In this document: positions 21,880-31,410 of the stretch, one piece after another
How positions within the stretch are numbered: position 1 is the first letter of the stretch
Layout: every line of letters begins with the position of its first letter
Source: Fonticula alba ATCC 38817
Taxonomy: Eukaryota; Protista; Nucleariida
Length of the DNA stretch: 31,410 nt
Reading direction: 5' to 3' (one strand)
NCBI GenBank assembly: GCA_000388065.2
Contig: KB932201.1
The notes under the pieces: generated by a model
Databases searched by the model: none
Told to the model about the DNA's origin: nothing
What the model saw: the letters and a program-made list of their open reading frames with translations, nothing else
Program-made: the position numbers and the translations under genes

Positions 21880-24322
21880 TCAAATGGAGGAGGTTTTGAA
21901 GTTGTGCCCGGATGAGGGCATTCGTTCGAAAGTCGGGGCGGCCTTGGCCGGACGACGATACAAGAAGGGAGTGGTCCGGGCAGAGCCAGTACTACGCGGG
22001 AGGAAGGCCCCACCAGTGGACGCGCCCACCGGGTTGGGGATTTGCCGCGAACCGAAGACCGACACACCGGGCAGAGTGGAAGAGAAGACCTCCCCCATGT
22101 CGGCCACCTGGGGCGAGGCATATGTCGACCCGGTCATCGAGTTGAGGGGGCTCATCTCGCTCGGATGCCCGCCAGAAGGGCCCATGCCGAGTCCGGCCAC
22201 ACTGCCAGTGAGATCCACCCGCTGGCCATGGGGGATAATCTTGATGCCCAGCTCGCGGCAAGACTGCAGGAAGAAGAGCCACGAATCGGTGCGGTTCTTC
22301 CAACGGACTGCACCATCCTGCCAGTTGCTCAACTGCCCGATGGTGATGAGCATCTGCATACGACCATGGGTATCCACATCGAAGAGGATGAAGTCGACAT
22401 CCCGAGCGAAGCGCTCCGGCTGGGACTCGACCCATCCCTATTGTGGGGGGGGGAGGGGGCGAGCGAGAATGGCGAGCGAGAGAGAGAGAGAGAGAGAGAG
22501 AGTCGACGGGACAAAAGGGGGGTCAGTCGATATGGAGGGAGGGAAAGGAGGCAAGAAAATACAAGCGATTGCGCTTCAGGAGGGGATAATGGTGGACAGG
22601 GCGAAAGGAGAAAGACCCCACGTACCTGCATCATGCCGCGCAGCGTGCCAAGCTGCTCGGAAGTCGTGTCGGCATCCAGGAACATGTAGAAGGTGTGCCG
22701 CTGGTTGCCAGACCGCCGAATGTTGATGACCACCTTGTCCGTGAGAATGTGATTGGGGATCCAGAAGTATTGCTCATCCCACCGGCGGAAGACGGTGGCC
22801 GTGATGTTCATCCGGGCGACGATGAAGTTGTGATCGTCAATGAACACACGATCCCCCACATCGTAGGGATGCTCCACGAAAAGATAGATGACATTCTGCC
22901 AGGGAGAGGAGGGAAGGGGGGGGGGAGGGGGGAGGGGGACATGGAGCGCATTCGCGGCCGTCAGATGAATTGACCGTAGGAAGACGCACGCCCGGCATCG
23001 AGCAGAGGGATATGTCAATAAGCTGGAAGGAGCAAGGAAAAGAGCGGGATGCCGGGAGGGAGGGGAAAGGCCGCAGAAACATCCATCCGTACATCGAACA
23101 TGCGCTGGGCCGAGTGGCCGAAAATGAAGGACATGGACACAATCAGCGAGGCAACCGGCACAACGGTGCTCTCGATGTTCGTGCCGAAGATCAGCAGGAA
23201 GGCAAACAGCAGGCACACCAACAGCATCAGGCTGACAAATCGATCCAGCGTATTGACCATGGTGCCCGAGTCGCGCAGGGAGTTGCTCAGGTTCTTCCGC
23301 TCGCGGTAGATATTCTGCAAAGCCTCCTTCATGTCACGACGCCGGATCTGCCCACTGGAGTGGATGTCAAATAGGGCAAATGCCTCGTCGGTGTTGACGC
23401 TCGGCTCGAGGAAGAGGGAGAAATCCTCGCGCGTCAGCCGAGCCGGGCCCACCGGCGCCTGCCGGAACGTGGGCGGCCGGATGTCAACCTCCGGGACCGG
23501 CACCTCGGGGAATGCCTCGGCAAAGGCCGACCCCGGCATATTCTGCTGATGCAAATGCTGGGACGAGTACGACTGGTGCACCGACTGCGAGGAGGGCCCC
23601 CCGACCGGCTGGCCATGCAGGAAGGACCCCGACTGGGGGTGCTGCTGACCAGGCGATCCGCCACCCAGCTGTGACTGTCGCTGCTGCTGCTGGTGCTGCT
23701 GGTGCCGCTGCGTGGCAAAGGGGCCCTGGCTGGAGGCGGGTGCCCCGACGCCCGGGACGGCCGACAACGGAGCCGACCCGGTCGGTGCAAAGCCCATCCC
23801 ACCCGCGGCCGGGGTCGGTCGCATTGGGGTGTACGTGTGGGACGTTCCCCCGGGAGTGTTGCTGAAGCCGAGCCAGGACGTGACGGACTTGGTCCGATGG
23901 CGCGCTCGCTGCCAGGGACTACTCCCGGAAGCCGGGTCGCTGGCCACCAAGAAGTCATGATCCACCGGGTTATTGAGGAAAGCCCCGCGCGGGGCACCCG
24001 GCAAGGCAGGCGACCCCTGGATGGATGGCTGCGACCGAAGTGGCTGCGATTGTGACCGGAAGTGCTCGGGCTCGCCGGGCCCGGCTCCGCCATTGTCAAT
24101 GCCGCTGTTGTTGCCGCCGCCGCCGCCGACATCGATGACCACATCTCGCGGCGGGGCCGGTGGCGAGGGCGACCGGGAGATCATCCGCCGCAGGGAGGAA
24201 GACGCCCCACGTCGCAGCCCATGCAGCCGACCGCGCGAGCCGAACTCCTCACCAGTCATGGAGGCATCCCCGGGCTGGTTGACCGAGCTGTTGGACCGGC
24301 GGCCTCCGGACAGGCGCTGTTG

Positions 24323-24354
<32 letters not shown>

Positions 24355-27300
24355 CCTCGGCCTGCTGGGCCGCGGCCAACGACAATTCAAGCATCCGATG
24401 CTCATACTCATGGCGCCGGAGCAGATAGTCCTGAACCTGCTGCTCCTCTTCCAGCTGCCGGCGAAGACGGATCATGTGGCGGAAGATGTGCGACGCAACC
24501 AGCCGCGACTCGCGGGAATTGTCAATGTCACCCGACTGGTGCAGCATGTCCGAGAAGGAGTGCAGCTTCCTATGGCCAACCATGTTGACCAGCTGCTGCA
24601 CATCGCTGAAGCTGACCTCCTGGATGCCGCTGGCCGAGGGGAAGGAAGACCCGCTGGTGCCGCCGGAATTGGGGCTGGCACCGGGGCCCCCACCGAAGGG
24701 AGCCCCGCCGAAGCTGCTGTTGCGGCCACGCCCACCGGCCGTGGAGCCCTTGCGCGTGGAGGACTGGGCCCCATGCTTGGCGAAGGCCCGGGAGTCGATG
24801 TCGAAGTCCGGTACATCGCCCCCACCGGAGGCGACACCCATGCTGGCTGGGGCCGGGAAAGAGCCCGACTCAATGGCAGTGGCTGCACGGTCGGCCGCCG
24901 CCGCCGCCGCCGCCGGTGACAAGTGAGACGAATCCGCCGGCAAGTCGCCCCCGCGCAGGGGCCGAATCAAAGACGAGAGATTCAGATGCGAGCCGGACCC
25001 AAGTGGATCCTGAGACCGGTGCTGCCCGGAGGACCGGGCCCCATCGGCGAGGTTGCCATCTTGCGAGGGGGTTCGACTGGCATAGATTGATCGACTATTC
25101 CGGTCGGTCACATGGCGGGCCATCTCGGCGATGCTCGGCCGGCCCGGCGGCACGAAGGACATCGAGGAGGACACACTCGACCGGGCCCCAGGGAAGGCCA
25201 CACTCCCACGCGCTGCTGCCATGGGATTGACACTGCGCCGACTGGTGGAGGCGGCCATGCTCGGGGCCAAACTCGGGGCCAGGCTTGTGCGGCTGGGGTT
25301 GGCCGACAGCAGGCTCGGGGCAATGCTCGGCCGGCCGCCCAGCCGCGAGGGAGCCATGCTCGGCCGCGAGGGGGCCATGCTTGGGCGCGAGGGCGCCAGG
25401 CTGGGCCGCGAAAGGGAAGCAATGCTCGGCCGCGACAGCATGCCCGGGCTCATGGGACCCGATCCAAAGCCAGACCCGGCCGCCAGCGGCGACCGCGGAA
25501 GCGAGTGACTTGACGGCGGCCCATCCAGGCGCCCGGTGGCAAAGGATGCCCGCAGACGATCGGCCTCAGTCATGCCACCCGCGTCCGAGCCAGCATACTC
25601 CGAAGCAAAGGCAGCCGCACCCGCCAGGGCGGACAAATGAGCAGCCATATCGCCGGACGGGCTGTATCCGATGCTGGCGCTGCTCCCGGCGGCTGCCAGA
25701 TCATCGCCGACACCCTCCGGCATGTCACCATCATCATACAGACCATGACCGACGCCATACGTGTGGGCTGGCGGGGCGCCACCATACGGGGTGCCAGGGA
25801 CGCTGGTTGTCGCCGCCGCCGCTGCCGCCGCTGCCGCCGCCGTGCCATCATCCACATCCAGCACCGTGCTGGCGGAATTGTGCAGGGCCTCAGCAGCCCC
25901 GGGGGTCGCGTCGCCAGATTGGCTCAGATGCAAGTCCAGAGCCAGCTCATACCGCAAGAATGGGTACTTCTGGTTGAGGCGCTTCCACCGGGCCGATAAG
26001 AGTCGATGCTGGCGGATGATGCCATCCGTCAGGGAGATGATGATGAACTCCGCAAAGAGGGACTCCTGCAGGCGATCATAATAGGCCTTGGTCTGGAAGT
26101 TGAGGGCGAAGGTGCGCATGAAAATGTCCTTGATGAACCAGGCAATGCCGCCGATCAGGGCGCACATAAGCGCCGGCGCGATGAACCACACCGCGTCGCG
26201 GTCAAGCTGGTCCTCGAAGCGCAATCGCCACGACCCGAAAGAGGGCCAGATGGCCACCATGCCGGCCGCTGCCAGGACCAACGCCAACAGGGTATTCAAC
26301 GAGGACAAGAAGAAGACCACATTTCCCTGGAAGTAGAAGTACCTCTGGATGATGTATCGCACGATCATCAGCAGGTAGTACAGCACCAGGAAGAGGGCCA
26401 CCGCAATGCAAATCAGAAGCGACCAAGACAGGACGCCGACACCGGCGAGGGTGGTCTCCTTGTAGCTGTACAACCCCCGCCCCCCGGGGTGCATGGAACG
26501 AACGAGGGGCGAGGACAGAGGGAGGAGGGGGGGGCGGCATCGGAGAGGGGGACAGGGAGAAAGGAGGAGGTTAGAAGGGATACAGATCCGAGGAGGGCAG
26601 GAGGAGGATGACAGACAAACTGACGGGGACACGGCGCCACGCACTACACCACGCAGATGACACCGGGGATGAGGAACACCAGGATCAGCAACAGGCAGAC
26701 CGTGATCCGGACAAAGTGCGGATTCTTGTAGAAGGTCCACGGCCTGAAGAGGAAGCGCGAACGAATGTTCTTGTTGCTGCCATTGCGGTTGAGGTCATCC
26801 AATTCATCATCATCGTCGTCATCATCGGAGTTGAAGTCCGCCGCATTGATCGATGCATTCAGTGGGTCCGACAGGCCAAGGTCGATCATCTCCTCCAGGT
26901 TGGACTGGCTTTCCGGCACTCGGTGGGTACCGGCATGGCTGGTCCGCTCCAGGGAGCTGGCCCGCGGGACCATGACATACGCCTCGTCGCCCCCGGCGTC
27001 GGCCGCCGCGGCCGCCATCTCATCGTGGAAGTCCACTTGCGACTGGCGGCGCGAACCGCGGCCCGAAAGCGACGTCCGGCTGGAGGGATTACTACGGGCA
27101 TGGGAAGTTCGCGACAGCAGGGCATTGCGAATGGTCCCGACAATGGACGTGCGCCCGGTGGCGGGCGTCCCGGCGTCTGACAACTGTCGACTGCCGGCAC
27201 CCATGCCGCGCGATGAGGCACCCGTCGACAGGCCCGATGGCGAGGTCAGCCCAGAAGGACCGCCGCTCCCGGTGGAGGGGGATCCCCCGTGACTGGGCCG

Positions 27301-29884
27301 GCTCCCGGTCGGGGTATGGCCTCCGCCCGACGGGCCGAACATCTCCCCGAGGAAGCTGCCCGCCATGCCGAGGATGCTGTGGGAGTGTCGCTCGGTGGCC
27401 GTATTCGACAGGAGCCCAATGCCATCGTGGTTCGGGTCTCCGGGCTGGTCGTCGCCCTGGGAATTCTTCGACTGGAAGGAGGATGAAGACCTCGGTGTCG
27501 GCTGCGGAGACCCCTCCTCCAGGTGGGAGCCATAAACCCCGGTTTGGTGATGCTGCGGGTAGTGGTGGCTGTCCGCGAAGGGGACATTGACCGTGACACC
27601 GCCCGTGGCCGGCATTTGCAGGCCCGCCACCGACGGCGGCGAAACCAGCCCCGACGAGTGCCCCGGCAGGGACATGGTCGACAAGTCCCCATGCAAGGTC
27701 TGCCCAAGCCAGGCCTCGGGATCGTGTGGAGGCCGGGCATTCGGGACCGGGGGCGCCCGGCCGGCTGGCATCCCGCTGCCGACCAGCAACGGCGACATCG
27801 ATGATGGGAGAGCACCCCCGGCGCCGAGGGGCAGGTGGGCCGAGGCACTGCCCACCAACTGCGGGCTGCTGTAGCCCGGGGCGAGAGGGTGTCCGGGCGT
27901 GGCGGCAACCGGTTGAGGTGGCTGCATCATGTGCATGTTGCTGTAGGCAACATGCTGCTGGTGCTCGTGTCCTGTGGAGGGTGGCTCCTCAATGCTGGCA
28001 AGGTACGGGTCGTGGTCGGGATCGTTGATGTTTGCGCCACGGGACCTGGGTCAAGAGAGCCAGGAGGGAGGGAGGGAGAGGGGGAGAGAGAGAGAGAGAG
28101 AGAGACAAAGAGATGAGGTCAGAAGAAAAGACGCAAGAAGAAAACCGGCAAGAGGGGGCTGGCTGACGTACAGCGAGGATGAGGCCCGACGCTGGGTCGG
28201 CGGGCTGGGAACAGCCGAGCTGGGCGCCTGGCGTGCAGAGACTGGCCGGCCATAGTGGCCCATGCTCATGCGACGAAGATCCATCGGACCACCGGGGGCC
28301 GCGCCGAAGTGCAGCTCCGCCGAGGATGACTCCACGAGTTGACCGCCCCCGTAGTGAGGATGGTATTGCGGCTGCTGCTGCTGCTGCGGCTGCTGCTGCT
28401 GCTGCTGCTGCGGGTGTTGCTGATGCTGGGGGTAGTGCGCATGCTCCGGCGGGAGGAAGGCAAACTCCTCGGGCGATGGCTGCATGGGCGACACATTGAC
28501 CGACAGGGCAGGCGGACCGTGTGGGGCTGGGCGTCCGGCACCGGCTGCCATCATACCGGGCACCGGCGAGCCGGACACACCGCCGCTGATGCTGGGACGT
28601 CTGGGGAGAGAGAGAGAGAGAGAGGGAGGGAGAAAACGGGCAATGGACATCCGCAAGGAGGGGGAGGTCAGACACATGCAAGAGCCAGAGCAGGCCAGCT
28701 CGAGCTGGGGAGGGGACCGGAAGAAAATGGACAGCAGCGGGAATGGCGGTGGCGTACCCGGTCATTGGAGAGACACTCAACTTTGGAGCTGTAAAGCTAC
28801 GCCCAACAACCGCCACCCCGGGAGCCGGGGCCGAGGGATGGCGGACCGCGCCCCCGACCGTGCCCACGGGACTCGGGGTGGAGGCCGTGGCGGCCCCGGC
28901 CACCGCCGGCAGGGGGGAGGGATTGGACACCAGGGCCGGGATGCGCGTCTCGCTGAACTCCGAGTCGGAATCCGAGTCCAGCGCGCCGTCGGGGACGGAC
29001 TCCAGCGCCGAGCCATCCAACGGCAGCAGGCCCGTGGTCAGTGGCGGGGTCGGGAGCAGGGCCGACGGAAGGAGGCCAACCTCCCCGACAGCCGGAACAG
29101 TCTTGCTGGACAGTGGCGACAGGGAGGGGTGCAGGGCAGTCGGCATGGCAGCTGCAGCCGCAGCTGCCGCTGTGGCTGCCGCGCCGGCCGCCGCATTGGC
29201 CGCGGCAATGGGTGTTGCCAATGGCCCGCCGGCCACCAGCGGAGACAATCCCGACAGCGGATCCGCCTGGGGGCTGACAACATCGACATCCAGGCTGTCA
29301 GGCACGGCAGCCGGACCGGTGGTCAGGGGCAAGGCCGGCGACACCGGCATCGATCCCGAACCTGGCGCCGACACCGACGCCAGCGCCGGGGCCATTGCCC
29401 CCGGTGAAGACACCAGGCCAAAGGAGGCCGGCAGGGCGGCCCCCGGGCTATTGGCGCCAGAGCCACCTCCTCCACCGCTGGACGACGGGGAGGAGGAAGA
29501 TGCGGCGGCGGCGGCAGCTGCGGCGGCCGATGCCGCGGCCAGCGAGGCCACCGCATTGGCCAAGTCAGTGGTGGCCGAGCCACGCGGGCGCGGAGTGGAC
29601 GCCGCCGCATCGGCATCGGTGCCGACATCGATCAGTGGCTCGGCCGGCAGAGCCGGCGACAGGCGCACAAGGTCAATCTGCTCGGAGGAGGTGCCAAGCA
29701 GGCCCGACGGATCGGGGAAGGGGGTCTCAATGTCGATGTCCGTCAGGGAGGTGGACGAGGAAGATACGTGTGACGGGCCGAAATTCGGGACGGCCGGCGA
29801 CCCGGGCACCGGCGAGGAGCCGCGCGAGTCATTCTCCGGATCGGAGGACACAATGCTCACAGGAAAGTCACCGTCGTGGGACAT
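21880..29884 (-). CDS. MscS-like mechanosensitive channel, eukaryotic class II (plant MSL4-10 / fission yeast Msy type; 6 TM plus EF-hand-like motif), 2385 aa
   Basis: 6 exons: 29884-28758, 28600-28172, 28045-26645, 26465-23093, 22895-22626, 22437-21880. Total 7158 nt with phases consistent. MscS core: SMSFIFGHSAQRMFDNVIYLFVEHPYDVGDRVFID...WIPNHILTDKVVINIRRSG. Also present are EAFALFDIHSSGQI, IYRERKNLSNSLRD, the TM4-proximal FQTKAYYDRLQESLFAEFII, and six hydrophobic helices. Confidence 0.93.
22478..22502 (+). repeat. (GA)n microsatellite in the last MSL intron
   Basis: Uninterrupted ga run. Confidence 0.9.
24317..24352 (-). repeat. Coding CAG/CAA repeat, poly-Gln (Q12) in the MSL channel
   Basis: ctg/ttg triplets on the plus strand; translates as EEQQQQQQQQQQQQR. 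Confidence 0.9.
25349..25411 (-). repeat. Three 21-bp coding tandem repeats (SRPS[LM]AP heptads)
   Basis: gggagccatgctcggccgcga / gggggccatgcttgggcgcga / gggcgccaggctgggccgcga. Confidence 0.85.
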
Positions 29885-30957
29885 GCTACTGGGTCCGGGG
29901 GCAGGCTGGATAGGGGGAGGCCCGTCGGCCAGGTGCGATGGCTACCGCCGAGACACTGGAGTCAAGTATGCGCGAGTGCACAGAGGGGAACAATCCGACG
30001 AGAGGGAGGGGAAGGAGGGAGGGGGCGGTATTGGAAGAGCGGGAACATCAGCAACGGGAGTGAGGAGGGAATGGGGGCACCGGACAGATTGGATGGGGAA
30101 GTGGCGCTGCCAGGAACACATGAGCGAATGAAGAGAGGAGAAGCGAAGCAAGGATGGGAGAGAGAGAGAGAGCGGGGGGGGGGGGGGAGGGGTAACACAC
30201 CGTCCAAGTGTCTCAGCAAGGGGGGAGTAGATGGGCGCACACACGCGCAGGCCGTGGGCAGAGGGGCTGCCAGGTGGAGAGGGGAGAGGGGCGAAGAGGG
30301 GAGGGGGGGGGGAGGGGTCGGGGAGGTCGGAGAGAAGTGCCTTCGCCTGGCGGGGGAGGGGCAGAGGGGCGCTGGGAAAAGAAGGTCTTCGGTGCAGGGC
30401 GACGGGGCAAAGACAGGGAGGAGCACCGGGGGCACCATGTCCCGGTAGATGCTCGGGCTGGCAAAATCCGCCCCTCGGCGGGCTCAAACGGTCGTGAGCA
30501 TGTATGAGGGTTGTGGGGAGTGGAGACACGCCGGGAAAGCCCCAGCGTAGTCTGGGCAGGCTGGGGCTGGCAACCGGGGAACGCGGACAGTGACGGGGGG
30601 AGTGGGCGGCCGGCGATCCGGGGGGAGCGAGGGCCAAAACAGCGGGGAAATATTGGGACAAAAAAGAAACTCGAAAAAGTCCGCCCCAGGTAAGAATCCA
30701 GCAATAAGACCCCATGCCCCCCCCTGCCCGCCCCTGGTCGCCATCCATGTTGCACGGCCGGAGTGAGAACAGACAGCGGGAATGCGCAGGCGCGCGGACG
30801 TGCGCATATGTGCCGCTGGGAGCGGGGCCGGGGCCGGGGGCGTGCCCCAGCTTTCTTCCCAGGGCTTGTACCAGCCAGAGTTGGTGACCCAAGTCATTGT
30901 GCGGCTCCGCGGTCCTCTGTTGCGCGCTCGCTGGCCAGGGAGGCCAGGCTTATCTGT

Positions 30958-30993
30958 GAATGCTGCAAATGCTGCGAATGCTGCGAACGCTGG
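30958..30993 (+). repeat. 9-bp tandem repeat, about 4 copies, upstream of the MSL gene
   Basis: gaatgctgc aaatgctgc gaatgctgc gaacgctgg. Confidence 0.8.
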
Positions 30994-31410
30994 GGACTGG
31001 CGGGAGTCTAGTCTGGGAGGGGGGGAGGGGGCGACGGCCCCGCGTGCCGGCGTTTCTTCCGCGCCCTTTCCTGGCCATGTTTACCTCCCACCGATCCCCC
31101 CCTCACCCGGGCCGCCATGCGTCCCGCCCCCCCCCCCCGCTTTCCTGGGTCTCGGCTCCCCCAGCCCGAGAGTGTGGGGGCCCCGCCAAGATGGATCCGG
31201 GCATCTCGCAGGGCCGGAGAACCGGCCGACCCGGCTCCCCGGGGGGCGCCGGCGGTCGGGCGGTTAGGAGGCCGGAGCGGGGCCCCCCCGGGGGGGGGGA
31301 GCGCGCGGCCCCATCCCAAGCACGGGGGTCGGGGGCAGTACACGGCACACGACCGAAGGTCCCCTCTGCCTGGCCCGAGTCGCTTCCAGCTCCGGCCCCG
31401 CCCTTCTAGG

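Noticed and set aside
25349-25411. Repeats as a possible CRISPR array
   Set aside because: They are imperfect, spacer-less, in-frame coding repeats in a eukaryotic gene, with no cas genes.
9229-29884. SLA2, COG4 and MSL as a functional membrane-tension/trafficking gene cluster
   Set aside because: The genes are on alternating strands with separate promoters. Eukaryotic neighbours are rarely functionally clustered, and no synteny evidence is available.
31255-31285. CGRTTAG motif shared by intergenic sites (2531, 3316, 15022, 31261) as a promoter element
   Set aside because: It is the reverse complement of the CTAAY branch-point consensus, which also appears in minus-strand introns, and the copies disagree at the core position.
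29942-31409. ORFs upstream of the MSL gene (29942-30892, 30782-31267, 30960-31409)
   Set aside because: They are low-complexity translations of G/A-rich and homopolymer-rich intergenic or UTR DNA, with no protein-like features.

Overview
This is a GC-rich, intron-containing eukaryotic genomic window with four N gaps. It is not prokaryotic. An Amorphea/opisthokont protist is likely, and the style (high GC, short GT-AG introns, CTRAY branch points, low-complexity proteins) suggests a Fonticula-like genome, but that is inference only. Five protein-coding genes were spliced by hand, in strictly alternating orientation: MRE11 (-, 3' part outside the window), an unrecognised ~1379-aa gene (+), SLA2/HIP1R (-, 11 exons, 1047 aa), a divergent and expanded COG4 (+, 8 exons, 1400 aa), and a very large MscS-like (MSL/Msy-type) mechanosensitive channel (-, 6 exons, 2385 aa). 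The clearest unannotated structure is an LTR-like element at 15208-16006. It has TGTAG...CTACA termini and a perfect 5-bp target-site duplication (CGCCC), lies 377 bp upstream of the COG4 start in the SLA2/COG4 divergent promoter, and carries a dense cluster of transcription-factor-like motifs. Other points worth a second look are the giant channel with a 10-site R-x-S-hydrophobic array and a degenerate EF-hand, and a strong +4C 5' splice-site bias (26 of 29 donors). Most long ORFs in the supplied track are GC-driven shadow frames. No rRNA, tRNA or CRISPR array is supported.
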